From: a bacterium | GTDB taxonomy: Bacteria; Patescibacteriota; Dojkabacteria; JAKAPS01; JAJZLI01 | Assembly (NCBI GenBank): GCA_027459825.1 | Contig: DAIDGT010000003.1 | Location: 1,277 to 65,276 of the forward strand | Direction of reading: 5' to 3' | DNA: 64,000 bases | In this document: positions 21,515 to 31,833 of the stretch, in pieces | Position numbering within the stretch: the first letter of the stretch is position 1 | Layout: each line of letters starts with the position of its first letter | Translations under genes and position numbers: made by a program | The notes under the pieces: generated by a model | The model's input: only the letters and a program-made list of their open reading frames with translations | The model's database searches: none | What the model was told of the DNA's origin: nothing

Positions 21515-21790
21515 TTATGCTTTCTTGTTCATTTCTGCATAACATTCTCTGCAATATACTTGATCACTTTTAGGTTTAAAAGGAACAGTAGATGCCTTAC
21601 CACATTTTGCGCAAATAATGTCAAAAGATTTTCCGAATCCGCTATCTTTTTGAGCTCTTCGTTTTTCTCTACACTCTTTACATCTTAATGGTTGAGAATA
21701 TCCTTTTTCTGCAAAAAATTCTTGGTCTTTAGCTGAAAAAGTAAATTCTCTTCCGCAGTCTTGACACTTAAGAACTTTGTCTTCAAACAT
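21515..21790 (-). CDS. zinc-ribbon protein with paired CxxC knuckles
   Basis: CQDCG...CKEC and CAKCG...CREC spacing, as in the small duplicated CxxC zinc-ribbon family. A strong SD, GGAGGTGA (21799..21806), lies 8 nt upstream. Confidence 0.65.
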   Translation of the reverse strand: MFEDKVLKCQDCGREFTFSAKDQEFFAEKGYSQPLRCKECREKRRAQKDSGFGKSFDIICAKCGKASTVPFKPKSDQVYCRECYAEMNKKA

Positions 21791-22074
21791 TTAAAAAGTC
21801 ACCTCCAATACTTTAACACTTGTTCTGGAAGTAGAACTTTGAGGAGAACCACATTATTACAACTACCAGTTGATAAAATTAAACAATAACATTATATATC
21901 TTTGGGTGTCATATTGTCAATTGTCTTTGTTGATATGCAAAAAATGGAATGTTTTATACTCACAATAAGTATGCCTAGTCCAGAAAAATATACTTCTGAA
22001 TATAGTTTTTCTATTAAAATTATTAGAGATTATTGTGTTAAAAGGAATTCTATTTTACCTATATTTAACCGTTG

Positions 22075-22368
22075 TTAACTTATCCTATTTTTTCTTGATA
22101 TTGTATTTAGTATTTCGAGTATTATATATCCTGCAATAGAGTATACTATGATTGCAATGATTCCATTGGTATCCAGTGTGAAATAGTGAAAATTAATTGA
22201 CTTGAATAGCCCTTCAAATGGACTAACTAGAGGATCTGATGTTTTGTATATAAATTGTGCAATAATATTATTGGGATTTGCACCAAGTACTTCAAACAAC
22301 ACTCTGAATACTAGAAAAAACTCTATTATGGAGAATATTGTGTATATTACACTCTCTACTGTTTTCAT
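22075..22368 (-). CDS. YggT-family membrane protein
   Basis: IIEFFLVFRVLFEVLGANPNNIIAQFIYKTSDPLVSPF matches the YggT pattern. I prefer the Met of MKTVES (22366..22368) to the track start. Confidence 0.6.
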   Translation of the reverse strand: MKTVESVIYTIFSIIEFFLVFRVLFEVLGANPNNIIAQFIYKTSDPLVSPFEGLFKSINFHYFTLDTNGIIAIIVYSIAGYIILEILNTISRKNRIS

Positions 22369-22397
22369 AATATATAAATTATAACACAATATATTTT

Positions 22398-23618
22398 TTA
22401 TATATGCTTATTTTTTGCAATTAGTGCATATGTCTTTGCACTATTTTTTAATATTCTTTTTCCTTTTTCTATATATGCTAATCCAAATTTTGGTTTATAT
22501 CCCCATGCCCATTCAAAATTATCTACAAGTGTCCAGTAGAAATAACCTTTAATAGGGACGCCTTCATCTATCGCCTTTTTTATAAAACTTAGGTGTTGAA
22601 TAATAAATTCTGATCTTTTAGTATCTGTTGTATCTGATATTCCATTTTCTGTTATATATATATCTTTTTTGTACCTTTTGTATAGACATGTAGTTAAGTT
22701 ATATATACCCTTTGGATAAACTTCCCAATCTAGGACATCTTGTTTTTGATTTACCTCTTCATCTTGTACAGTTTCTAGAAATGGCATTTCCTTAGATAAA
22801 AAATGCAATTTTACTTTTTTGTGGAAATAGTAATTAAGTCCAATAAAATCCATATATTTTTTTATATTGTCAAGAAATGAATAATTCCATAGGAATGTAT
22901 ATATTTTCATTGGGTATTCACTAAATGTGTCATTTGTAGTTGCATCTACATTATTCTTCGCTATAGATATCTTAGGTTTTTCCCAGTTGTACTTCTTATA
23001 TATGTTATTGATCTTTATATATGCTTCTATATGAGCTCTTTCTAATACTCGTTTTACTTTGAAATATGTAAGGTAATTTTTTTCTCCAGGAGGCCATTCT
23101 CCAGATATATAACTAAGTACTCCTAAAAGTACTGGTTCGTTAATTGTTATCCAGAATTTCACCTTGTTTCCCAGATTTTCTACTACAAATTCTACAAATC
23201 TAGTGTAATACTTAATGTTTTTTCTGTTTTTAAAGCCTCCCTTTTTTTGCATCCATTCTGGTAAAGAGAAATGAAATAACGTAACAAATGGCTCTATATT
23301 TGAATCCTGTAGTTTTGTAATTAGGTCTTTATAATAATTTAGACCATCTATGTCCCATTTTCCTTCTTGAGGTTCAACCCTTGACCATTCAATTGATAGT
23401 CTATATGAATTTAAATTTAAAGATTTAATTAATTTAATGTCCTCGGTATATTGTGTATGTGAATTTAATATATCTGTTGCTTTTTCAATCCCTTTTTTAT
23501 CTGCCCACATATTCCAGTTGCTATGATTATTTCCTCCCTCTATCTGATATGCCGATGTTGCAACTCCCCATAGAAAGTCTTTAGGAAAGTTTCTCTTTGT
23601 ATCATTATTATTATTCAT
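22398..23618 (-). CDS. glycoside hydrolase family 1 beta-glucosidase
   Basis: FLWGVATSAYQIEGG, acid/base WITINEP, nucleophile IYITENG, and a C-terminal WTLVDNFEW. Confidence 0.88.
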   Translation of the reverse strand: MNNNNDTKRNFPKDFLWGVATSAYQIEGGNNHSNWNMWADKKGIEKATDILNSHTQYTEDIKLIKSLNLNSYRLSIEWSRVEPQEGKWDIDGLNYYKDLITKLQDSNIEPFVTLFHFSLPEWMQKKGGFKNRKNIKYYTRFVEFVVENLGNKVKFWITINEPVLLGVLSYISGEWPPGEKNYLTYFKVKRVLERAHIEAYIKINNIYKKYNWEKPKISIAKNNVDATTNDTFSEYPMKIYTFLWNYSFLDNIKKYMDFIGLNYYFHKKVKLHFLSKEMPFLETVQDEEVNQKQDVLDWEVYPKGIYNLTTCLYKRYKKDIYITENGISDTTDTKRSEFIIQHLSFIKKAIDEGVPIKGYFYWTLVDNFEWAWGYKPKFGLAYIEKGKRILKNSAKTYALIAKNKHI

Positions 23619-23857
23619 TATTTAGTCTTATTTATTAGTAACGTAAAGATGTACAGGGTGATACAAGCAAAAATTATCGATACTATGCTTGATATGATAT
23701 AACTTGTACTTATAAATGAAATTGAAAATGTTCCTCCTATTGTTGTTGCTACAATTCCTACAATTATATAGATATAAAGACTCCCGTGACTATTTGATTT
23801 AAGGGAGAATAGGTATCCAAGTATTATGCCTATTATTATATATATGAATACTCCCAT
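23618..23857 (-). CDS. small membrane protein, GlsB/YeaQ/YmgE-like
   Basis: 79 aa. MGVFIYIIIGIILGYL...IIVGIVATTIGG resembles the Gly-rich helices of that family. Confidence 0.4.
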   Translation of the reverse strand: MGVFIYIIIGIILGYLFSLKSNSHGSLYIYIIVGIVATTIGGTFSISFISTSYIISSIVSIIFACITLYIFTLLINKTK

Positions 23858-23900
23858 GTGCTTTTATTATATTATGATCTGTATAAATTTAACAAGGAGA

Positions 23901-25721
23901 TTACTGTTTTGATTGTTTTTCCCTTTCATTTTTATCTAAAAATTTCTTCCTTAATCTGAGGTGGTCTGGTGTGATTTCTAAAAGTTCATCTTCATTTATA
24001 AAAGAAACCCCATACTCTATTGTAACTTCTATTTTGGGATTGAACACCATTGCATCTTCCTGTCCTTCTTTATGTATGTTTGTGAGATGTTTTTGTTTTG
24101 CGACATTTACTTCTATATCTTGATCATATTTATTTATTCCAACGATCATTCCTTTGTATATTCTTTCTTCTGGACCTATAAATAATATTCCTCTCTCCTG
24201 TGCGTTCATGATTCCGTATGCTGTTGATGTCCCATTATCTGATGCAAGTATAACTCCTTTTCTTTCCCTTTTTGCCGCAGATTTAAACTCTACTAAATCT
24301 AAGAATGAATGGTTTACTGTAGTTGTTCCTCTGGTCTGATTTAAAACTTCTGCTCTAAGACCAAATAAATTCTTTGTTAATATTTTGTAATAAAACCTTA
24401 CTCTACCTGAACCTTCATTAATCATGTTATCAAGTTCTGCTCCTCTTTTAGAACATATTGTAGTGATCTCTCCAATATATTCTTCATTTGTATCTATTAT
24501 TAATTCTTCTCTAACATCAAATTGTTTTCCATCTACTATTTTTACTATAGCCTCTGGTCTTGAGATTTGAAATTCATATCCCTCTCTTCTTAGTGTTTCT
24601 ATTAAAATGGAAAGATGGAGCTCTCCTCTACCTGATACATAAAATTGGTCTCCTGTAATCTCTAATTTCATTCCTACATTCTTCTCTAGTTCTTTTTGTA
24701 ACCTTGCGAGTAATTGTCTTGATGTTACAAACTTTCCTTCCTGTCCAGAGAAAGGTGAAGTATTTGCTTCAAATTTAATTTTGACTGCAGGTTCCTGTAT
24801 TTGTATATCAGGAAGCCTTTCGTTATGCCCAGGTTTTGTTATTGTATCTCCTATTTTTGCACTTTTTACTCCAACTATAGTTATTATTTCTCCGCTAAAA
24901 GCTTCTTCTCTTTCCTCTTTTTTTAGTCCATTATTTACAAGTATTTTGGATACTTTGAAATTTTCTGTACTATCTTCTTTGCCAAGGAGAGTAAGATTGT
25001 CTCCTGTCTTTGCTGTTCCTTGTAGTATTTTTCCTATAAATCCTGATCCAATGTAGCTGTCGTAGTCTATGGCAGATATTTGCATTAAGAATGGTGCCTC
25101 TTCTTTAACAGCAGGTGATGGAATGTGTTTAATTATTCCTTCAAAAAGTACCGTCATATCAGCGTTAGCTTCCATGTTGTCAGGCATACTTTCAAAAGCT
25201 TTACCATCTTTTGCAATAGCATAATATATTGGGAAGTCTAATTGGTCTTCTGTTTGTGCAAGTTCTAAGAAGAGGTCATATATTCTTGATAGTGTCTGAT
25301 CTATATTTGCTAATTTTTTATCTATCTTATTAATTACAACTATAATTTTCTTTTCCATTTCGAGTGCTTTTTTTAACACAAACCTTGTCTGAGGCATTGG
25401 CCCTTCTTGAGCATCAATTACAAGTAAACAACCATCTGCCATATTTAATGTTCTTTCAACCTCTCCTCCAAAGTCTGCATGTCCTGGTGTATCAATTATA
25501 TTGATTTTATATTCCTTGTATGGAATAGATATGTTTTTGGCTACAATAGTAATTCCTCTTTCTCTCTCAAGATCATTATTATCCATAATAAGGCTCTCTT
25601 GCATGATTGCCTCATTTTCCCTAAATATTCTTGATTGTTTTAGGAAACTATCTACCAAAGTTGTCTTTCCATGATCTACATGGGCAATAATGGCGATATT
25701 TCTTATCTTAGTTTTGTCCAT
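23901..25721 (-). CDS. typA: translational GTPase TypA/BipA
   Basis: IRNIAIIAHVDHGKTTLVD, DTPGHADFGGEV, NKID; 606 aa with the BipA-type C-terminus. Confidence 0.95.
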   Translation of the reverse strand: MDKTKIRNIAIIAHVDHGKTTLVDSFLKQSRIFRENEAIMQESLIMDNNDLERERGITIVAKNISIPYKEYKINIIDTPGHADFGGEVERTLNMADGCLLVIDAQEGPMPQTRFVLKKALEMEKKIIVVINKIDKKLANIDQTLSRIYDLFLELAQTEDQLDFPIYYAIAKDGKAFESMPDNMEANADMTVLFEGIIKHIPSPAVKEEAPFLMQISAIDYDSYIGSGFIGKILQGTAKTGDNLTLLGKEDSTENFKVSKILVNNGLKKEEREEAFSGEIITIVGVKSAKIGDTITKPGHNERLPDIQIQEPAVKIKFEANTSPFSGQEGKFVTSRQLLARLQKELEKNVGMKLEITGDQFYVSGRGELHLSILIETLRREGYEFQISRPEAIVKIVDGKQFDVREELIIDTNEEYIGEITTICSKRGAELDNMINEGSGRVRFYYKILTKNLFGLRAEVLNQTRGTTTVNHSFLDLVEFKSAAKRERKGVILASDNGTSTAYGIMNAQERGILFIGPEERIYKGMIVGINKYDQDIEVNVAKQKHLTNIHKEGQEDAMVFNPKIEVTIEYGVSFINEDELLEITPDHLRLRKKFLDKNEREKQSKQ

Positions 25722-25739
25722 ATTTTAATAAAAATAATT

Positions 25740-25761
25740 GCATATTATAACAAATATATGC
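25740..25761 (-). terminator. possible weak terminator hairpin after the DUF2892-like gene
   Basis: GCATAT-10 nt-ATATGC, followed on the minus strand by a T-rich run. The short AT-rich stem makes this weak. Confidence 0.25.
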
Positions 25762-25809
25762 ATTTTGTGAAAGTTATAGGTTTGCGTTATGGGATTTCAA
25801 CAAAGAATT

Positions 25810-26013
25810 TCACTCTTTGATGTATTTATACTCAAAACAAAATCCAGATAAAGCTGTTGCTATTATATATGCCCCAATTATGCTTATAACTATTTTAAAA
25901 ACTATTTCAACAAAAGATAGCCCGACTGAAATAACCAAAATTCCTAATAGTAGCCTGACTAGTCTTTCTGTATATCCTAAGTTCTTTTTTATGTCAAACT
26001 TGTTTTTCATCAC
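25810..26013 (-). CDS. small membrane protein, DUF2892 (YgaP-like TM domain)
   Basis: NLGYTERLVRLLLGILVISVGL...IIGAYIIATALSGFCFEY parallels the DUF2892 pattern N.G..DR..R...G......G.CP.Y. Preferred to the overlapping plus-strand ORF. Confidence 0.55.
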   Translation of the reverse strand: MMKNKFDIKKNLGYTERLVRLLLGILVISVGLSFVEIVFKIVISIIGAYIIATALSGFCFEYKYIKE

Positions 26014-26063
26014 TTCTCAATGTTAACATTTTTTTATCTTATGTTACAATATGTCTTTATAGT

Positions 26064-26921
26064 ATGGTTGGTATTGTATTTATTGTTTTAATATATTCGC
26101 TAGGTCTTGGAATTGTTCATGGTATTACACCTGATGAGCATACATGGCCTATTACTTTTAGTTACGCTATTGGATCTTTTAGTGCAAAAAAAGGTTTTTA
26201 TGTAGGATTTCTTTTTTCCCTTGCTTTTGCTATTCAGCGCGCAATTGCATCTGAAATAGCTTATTTTGCTCTGATAAAGTGGTCTGATATAGCTTACTTA
26301 AACTATTATTTGTATATTGTGATTGGCCTTATCATGCTTTTTACGGGAATGTATGTTTTAAGGTTTAATAGGATTTTTCACATAGAGATTTTGCCTGCAT
26401 CGTGGATTGGTAAAAAGGATAGGCATGAAATTGATACAGATCCTAGAACCCCTACGCCTAAAATGGCCCTTCTTCATGGTTTTATTGCTGGATGGGGGTT
26501 CGGTTCTTTCGCTTTAATACTTTATACTGTCCTTGTTCCTAGGATGCCTAGTTTCTACTTGGCTTTTCTTCCTGGACTTTTCTTTGGAATAGGTACTATG
26601 TTGGTTCAGGCAGCATTCGGATATATTTTTGGTAGATGGATTAGAAGTATGAAAATATCCGAAAAACAGGGATTGAGACTTGCATCTATCGTTTCTGGAG
26701 ATACATTATTTGGAGGAGGAATTGTCTTTATACTTGGAGGACTTCTTGGTCTTATATTCCCAAATATTGCAAATCTTGCAATAATAACCCCAATTAATGT
26801 TGGAAATTTAAATGAGCTTGGTCTTGCTTTTGTAATGGTTGTAGCTACAGTGCTATTTATTGGTCTTGGTTCTATGTTTTATCACGTACATAAACTTCAG
26901 GAGGAATATGGCAAAAAATAA
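26064..26921 (+). CDS. polytopic membrane protein with an N-terminal HGITPDEHTWP motif (possible metal transporter)
   Basis: 285 aa, about 6-7 TM helices. The His/Asp/Glu-rich motif in TM1 hints at cation binding. Family not recognised with certainty. Confidence 0.45.
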   Translation: MVGIVFIVLIYSLGLGIVHGITPDEHTWPITFSYAIGSFSAKKGFYVGFLFSLAFAIQRAIASEIAYFALIKWSDIAYLNYYLYIVIGLIMLFTGMYVLRFNRIFHIEILPASWIGKKDRHEIDTDPRTPTPKMALLHGFIAGWGFGSFALILYTVLVPRMPSFYLAFLPGLFFGIGTMLVQAAFGYIFGRWIRSMKISEKQGLRLASIVSGDTLFGGGIVFILGGLLGLIFPNIANLAIITPINVGNLNELGLAFVMVVATVLFIGLGSMFYHVHKLQEEYGKK

Positions 26922-27870
26922 CTTATTTTCTTTTTCGAAGAAAGACTTGGATTTTTATTCAGATAAGATTTGTTCTCTTATTGACTCTTGGAAAATGGAT
27001 GATTCAACTTTTAAGATTTCTGATATAGCCAATAATAGTTCTTCTCAAAATATTCTTGGGTTTGGTGGATCTCATGTTTATTATTCACAGGTTGATAACC
27101 TGCAGATTTTAAAAAGTCTTGATCTGTATGCATACTCTGATTATTTTAAAGATTCTATCGCAGTAGGTTTTGAAAATGGTTTCCTTGAAAAAAATATGAA
27201 ATCTTTGAATGTTATATTTTCCTTTCCATCAAAATCTACAAGAATAGATAAGGATAGTGTAGATGAAATTTATAATGGAGTTTATGTAAAAACGCTTCCT
27301 TTTGAACAGAAAGAATTTTCTGTTACAGGTAAATTAAAAAAATATTTTGATCAAAATACCAAATTTAAAATTTTTAATGATACTCCTGCTGTCAATTTTT
27401 TTAATATATTTAAGAATAAAAAAAGTGATTTATATCTAGGTGTCGTTTCCGGTACAGGGATTAATATTTCATGTACTATTGATGGAAAAATTATAAATAC
27501 AGAATTTGGGGGAAGAGACATATTTGATAAAAATGAATATGATATCCTAATTGATAAGGAAAGTATTAATCCGAACCTTGAGTGTACTGAAAAATTGGCA
27601 TCATATCCCTTCTTGCAAAAAATGCATACAAAATACAATATACCTATGGATGTTTTAGTTAAAAGATCTGCTGGGGTTATTGCATCAGGTGTGATTGGAT
27701 TTATAAAGTATACAAAAGCTAAGAGTATTAGTGTTTGTTTCCAAGGATCTTTTGTTTGTAAAGATGATAACTATTTTAAATATATTTCTGATTTTATTGA
27801 TAGTACAGAATACAAAGTTTCTATTTTAAGGGAAAATAAGGCAGACATACTAGGAGCTTCTTTAGTTTAA
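26908..27870 (+). CDS. hexokinase-family sugar kinase (divergent)
   Basis: NVIFSFPSKS and LGVVSGTGINISC...INTEFGG parallel the hexokinase LGFTFSFP and G.I.GTG.N..Y...N.E.G motifs. The start is uncertain: ATG 26908 follows AGGAGG but with short spacing, and the track starts at 26860. Confidence 0.5.
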   Translation: MAKNNLFSFSKKDLDFYSDKICSLIDSWKMDDSTFKISDIANNSSSQNILGFGGSHVYYSQVDNLQILKSLDLYAYSDYFKDSIAVGFENGFLEKNMKSLNVIFSFPSKSTRIDKDSVDEIYNGVYVKTLPFEQKEFSVTGKLKKYFDQNTKFKIFNDTPAVNFFNIFKNKKSDLYLGVVSGTGINISCTIDGKIINTEFGGRDIFDKNEYDILIDKESINPNLECTEKLASYPFLQKMHTKYNIPMDVLVKRSAGVIASGVIGFIKYTKAKSISVCFQGSFVCKDDNYFKYISDFIDSTEYKVSILRENKADILGASLV

Positions 27871-28199
27871 ACCTTTATCTCATCAATCTTTGAAGCAAGT
27901 ATAAAATCATTCATTGATAGCCCTCCTATTGCATGTGTATACAATTTGATTTTTACTTTATTCCATTCAAATAGGAGTATATCAGGATGATGTCCTTCTT
28001 CTTCTGCAATTTTTGCAATCTTATTTATAAAATCAATTGCAGATATGAAATCTTTGAACTTGTAATGTTTATATATTTTAATATAGTCTTTGCTCTTCCA
28101 TCCAGATAGAATCTGAAGATATTTCTCTGTTTCTGACTTAGATAGAGGCTCTTCTCCTCCTTCACATGGTTTACATTTCTGTAAAGATAGCTCTTTCAT
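27867..28199 (-). CDS. phhB: pterin-4a-carbinolamine dehydratase
   Basis: EEEGHHPDILLFEWNKVKIKLYTHAIGGLSMNDFILASKID is the PCD/DCoH signature. Confidence 0.85.
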   Translation of the reverse strand: MKELSLQKCKPCEGGEEPLSKSETEKYLQILSGWKSKDYIKIYKHYKFKDFISAIDFINKIAKIAEEEGHHPDILLFEWNKVKIKLYTHAIGGLSMNDFILASKIDEIKV

Positions 28200-28242
28200 A
28201 TATGTCTGTATTATAATATATGTACTTTAAGTTTTATATATT

Positions 28243-28572
28243 ATGATTATTGTTATCGATAAGAAAGCAACAAATGATCAGATAATGCAAATGCTTATGC
28301 AGTTTGGTACATATATTAAGGTTGTTATAGATATAGATCAAGAAATATTAGCGGGAGGTGAGGATCGTCACTTTGATGCAGAGCAGTTGCTTTTGGGTAG
28401 AGGTAGTCGTCAGAGTTCTTTATGGGGTGGTGGTGTAGATTGGGAGAGCAAAGTTATAGATTTTAATTCAATAATAAATTTGAGACCTAGTTATGGTAAT
28501 CCCAGTCGGGATATTTTAGATATCAATATAAGAAATAAGTTTGAATCTATTTTGAAAAGTTTCCTTTTATGA
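28243..28572 (+). CDS. hypothetical protein (DUF5674-like by recollection)
   Basis: 109 aa. ILAGGEDRHFDAEQLLLGRGSRQSSLWGGG...NLRP...GNPSRDI resembles that family as I recall it. Unverified. Confidence 0.4.
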   Translation: MIIVIDKKATNDQIMQMLMQFGTYIKVVIDIDQEILAGGEDRHFDAEQLLLGRGSRQSSLWGGGVDWESKVIDFNSIINLRPSYGNPSRDILDINIRNKFESILKSFLL

Positions 28573-28883
28573 TGAGTGAAAAAGATTTAATACTTGATAT
28601 TGCAATGAACCTTACTAGAATTGGAGATTGGGTCCTTGAGGACTACCCCATGAAAGTAAATAGCATAAAGGTTTTTTTAAAACAAACTTCTGATTACATA
28701 TCAAAAGTTGACAAGAATTCTAAAAAATTTCAAAGATTTAAAGATACATTTATTAGGTTTAGTAGGGAATACCCTCTGATGGAGTCTGCAATTTTGTTGA
28801 CGACACAAGGAAATCCTGTAATAGCTGAGCGTTTAATGACTTGGGGGAATATTCTCACTGCAGAGTCCAGTCTCATCCAGTAA
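28569..28883 (+). CDS. hypothetical protein
   Basis: 104 aa. A 4-nt ATGA overlap with the upstream gene supports a coupled pair. No family recognised. Confidence 0.35.
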   Translation: MMSEKDLILDIAMNLTRIGDWVLEDYPMKVNSIKVFLKQTSDYISKVDKNSKKFQRFKDTFIRFSREYPLMESAILLTTQGNPVIAERLMTWGNILTAESSLIQ

Positions 28884-28934
28884 TAAATATTGTTGTTTGA
28901 CCTCAAATATATTTTTTGTTAGTATAAACGTGTT

Positions 28935-29525
28935 ATGTTAAATCCAATTGTTGCAAAACCATTAAAAGAATCTTTGCTTTCAATGAAAGGTTTTTCAAAG
29001 AGGGCGGTTGAAGAGCATTATAAGCTTTATAATGGTTATGTAAAAAAATATAATGAGATTGCAGATAAGCTCAAAAATGTAGATTTATCTAGCGCAAATC
29101 AAACATATAGTGATTTAAGATCCTTAAAGACAGAATTAACATTTGCTATTGGTGGAGTAAAAAATCATGAAATCTATTTTGATATTTTGGGGGGTGCAGG
29201 TAGTACTCCTGGAGAAATGACTCGTTCTATTCAAGGATGGGGTAATTTGGATGAATTTAAGGCTGAAGTAAAGGCAACTGGTCTTGCTGCGAGAGGTTGG
29301 GTTTGGTTTGCTTATGATCACGATAGAGATTTTTACTTTATTTATCTTGGTGATGCTCAAAATACTTATCCTGTATGGAATGCTACACCTGTGTTTGCTC
29401 TTGATACTTATGAGCATGCTTATTGGATGGACTTTGGTTCTGATAGAGGTGCTTATATAGATGCCTTTTTTGAGAATGTTGACTGGAACGAAATTGAAAA
29501 TAGAGTTGCTGCAGTAAAAAAATAA
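28935..29525 (+). CDS. Fe/Mn-family superoxide dismutase
   Basis: C-terminal DTYEHAYWMDFGSDRGAYIDAFFENVDW (Asp/His ligands), GGVKNHEIYF (His ligand), and an N-terminal EEHYKLYNGYV aligning with HHxKHHxxYV. Confidence 0.85.
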   Translation: MLNPIVAKPLKESLLSMKGFSKRAVEEHYKLYNGYVKKYNEIADKLKNVDLSSANQTYSDLRSLKTELTFAIGGVKNHEIYFDILGGAGSTPGEMTRSIQGWGNLDEFKAEVKATGLAARGWVWFAYDHDRDFYFIYLGDAQNTYPVWNATPVFALDTYEHAYWMDFGSDRGAYIDAFFENVDWNEIENRVAAVKK

Positions 29526-30230
29526 TTACTGATAAATCCTTTTTATAGTTTTTAAATGTTTTAGGTAATCAAGTGCTTCTTTTATTCCCATTTTAGATTT
29601 ACCATTTATCCTGTCTGAAAAATGTATAGGAATCTCTTTTACTTTGTATCTTTTTTTGTAAAAATAGTAGAGTATTTCTACTTGGAATAGGTATCCATTT
29701 GACCTGATGTTTTTTATAAAATTTATGGGTAAACATTTGGTGTTTATAATTTTGAATCCTGCAGTGCAATCCTTATATGGTATTCTCAATATAAATTTGG
29801 TTAAAATATTTCCTATTTTTGAATTTAGTTTACGATATATTCCCCAATCTTTAGGAATGGAGCCTCCATTTATATACCTTGATCCTATAACAATATCATA
29901 TTTTTGAATTTCATTTATTAACCTTTTTATATCCTTAGGATTATGAGATAAGTCAGCATCCATTTGGATTATGTAGTCTGCTTTCATGTTCTCTTTTGCA
30001 TATAGAAATCCTCTTTTGTACGCCTCTCCCAAGCCTTTCTTTTCTCCAGTTATAAGATGAATATTTTTGTATGTCTTTTGTATCTGCTTAATTTTTTTTC
30101 CTGTACCATCAGGTGAGTTGTCATCCACGAAAAGGATAGAAATATCTTTATTATATTTAAATACTTCCTTTACAAGTCTTTCTATATTATCTATTTCATT
30201 ATATGTAGGGATTACAATAATTATATTCAT
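29526..30230 (-). CDS. family 2 glycosyltransferase (polyprenol-phosphate mannosyl/glucosyl-transferase-like)
   Basis: IVIPTYNEIDNI, FVDDNSPDGT, QMDADLSHNP, which is the GT2/Dpm1-like pattern. Confidence 0.8.
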   Translation of the reverse strand: MNIIIVIPTYNEIDNIERLVKEVFKYNKDISILFVDDNSPDGTGKKIKQIQKTYKNIHLITGEKKGLGEAYKRGFLYAKENMKADYIIQMDADLSHNPKDIKRLINEIQKYDIVIGSRYINGGSIPKDWGIYRKLNSKIGNILTKFILRIPYKDCTAGFKIINTKCLPINFIKNIRSNGYLFQVEILYYFYKKRYKVKEIPIHFSDRINGKSKMGIKEALDYLKHLKTIKRIYQ

Positions 30231-31019
30231 TTATATTGTATTTAAAATTTTTAGAAAATTATTGAAAAAATCTGATTTTTCAAATCTAAATACCATGTAA
30301 GTTGAAAATAGATTCTCAAATCCTAATTTTGTATACATGTTTGTAGTTATTTTATCTCCATAGTGTTGAAGTATTATTTCCTTTTTAGATGTATTATTGA
30401 TTGCATACTGACTGATTGCTTTGCCATAACCTTTTCCTTTGTATTTAGGTATTACTGCAACGGAATGGAGCATTCCTGTCCCGTTGTACTCAACAATACC
30501 TGATATACAAATAGCCTTACCATCTTTATATCCGATATATGCCTTGCTTATATCTTTGTAATTTTTATTTAATAGTTTTGTTTTGAGCATTTTTTCGTAA
30601 GATTTGCTTGGATCCTTCCATGTACTAGTAAAAATATTAATAAAATCATTGACTTGGTTTAAATTATTTACCTTTTCTATTTGAAGATCAGTTTCTATGT
30701 GATATCTATGTTTTTGAGTTTTCATCCAGTAGCATGGTACACTTTTTTTATACCCTCTTTTAAAGAGAATATTCTCTAAATAGGTATTTTCACCAGTAAT
30801 TTGGATAAAAGATGGGCGTCTTTCATTTTCATAAAAGTTATTCTCTATACTTTTAATAAGAGGGAGTATATCTTTTTTGGGGTATATGTTGTGAGCAGCA
30901 TTCCAATATACTCTTTTGTCTATATTTGAAAAAAACATTGTGTAATCAAGGCATTTTTCTATTTTATCTAAAAACAGGGAACGATATCCATTTTCAAAAA
31001 TCTCTATATATCTATTCAT
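30231..31019 (-). CDS. GNAT-family N-acetyltransferase
   Basis: Acetyl-CoA loop VAVIPKYKGKGYGKAISQYAI in the C-terminal half. Confidence 0.6.
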   Translation of the reverse strand: MNRYIEIFENGYRSLFLDKIEKCLDYTMFFSNIDKRVYWNAAHNIYPKKDILPLIKSIENNFYENERRPSFIQITGENTYLENILFKRGYKKSVPCYWMKTQKHRYHIETDLQIEKVNNLNQVNDFINIFTSTWKDPSKSYEKMLKTKLLNKNYKDISKAYIGYKDGKAICISGIVEYNGTGMLHSVAVIPKYKGKGYGKAISQYAINNTSKKEIILQHYGDKITTNMYTKLGFENLFSTYMVFRFEKSDFFNNFLKILNTI

Positions 31020-31053
31020 GATTTTTTATATGGCTATTCTCTCAGAATTTATT

Positions 31054-31833
31054 TTATTCTGCAATATAATAGCTTTGTACATCTTTTTTTGTTTTAGAAA
31101 CATATATTACCAATATTATGATAAAGATAGTTAGTGTTATTGCAACTGTGGCTCTACCAAAGCCCAGTCCTCCAAAATTATGTGAGACACCGAAGTAATC
31201 TGCAAAGGATGCGCCTAGAGGACGGGTTAGTGTATACGATATCCAGAAAGCTAGTATTGGATTAAGTTTAAATTTTAATGTAGCTATTCCTGGAGTAAAA
31301 AATAGTATAGTAAATATTATTCCTGATAGTAGGTACCCCCATCCAAATGTTACTGCCGTCATATCTCCTGTTGCTGTGCCTAATGCAAATGTAAAGAATA
31401 CTGTTGCCCAGTAAAATATTTCTCTCCTTATGGTATGAATACTATGGATTGATAATGTTTTCTCACTAACATACCACACTGTAAATGTAATTATTAGCAT
31501 AATCCCATAAAATATTGTAGATGCTGCATATGGGATTTGTAAGACTATATGTACTGCATCTGCAGCCATTGTTCCAAATACACTTACCATTACTACTGCA
31601 AACCAATAAACCCATGCAATATATCTTTTAGATTTAAGTTGTATGTATATTGATATTCCGAGAACTATTCCTGACACTATTACTGCAATAAAAGGGTTGA
31701 TATGATGTACAAAAAAATCTGAAGTTGCCTCTCCCATTGCTGTAGAAAGTAATTTTAATATCCAAAAATATATTGTTATTTTGGGTACTTTAGTTAATGT
31801 TCGCCATCCACGATGTTTTATATTTATAAGCAT
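31054..31833 (-). CDS. polytopic membrane protein (resembles the COG4705 uncharacterised membrane-anchored family)
   Basis: KITIYFWILKLLSTAMGEATSDF and a second TATGDMT repeat; eight TM segments. Confidence 0.45.
   Translation of the reverse strand: MLINIKHRGWRTLTKVPKITIYFWILKLLSTAMGEATSDFFVHHINPFIAVIVSGIVLGISIYIQLKSKRYIAWVYWFAVVMVSVFGTMAADAVHIVLQIPYAASTIFYGIMLIITFTVWYVSEKTLSIHSIHTIRREIFYWATVFFTFALGTATGDMTAVTFGWGYLLSGIIFTILFFTPGIATLKFKLNPILAFWISYTLTRPLGASFADYFGVSHNFGGLGFGRATVAITLTIFIIILVIYVSKTKKDVQSYYIAE

Noticed and set aside
21791-22074. 284-bp ORF-free interval upstream of the zinc-ribbon gene as a possible ncRNA or riboswitch.
   Set aside because: I could not fold a convincing conserved structure or recognise any known riboswitch or sRNA motif by eye. 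It most simply holds the promoter and leader, with a strong SD at 21799..21806. A covariance-model scan would be needed to say more.
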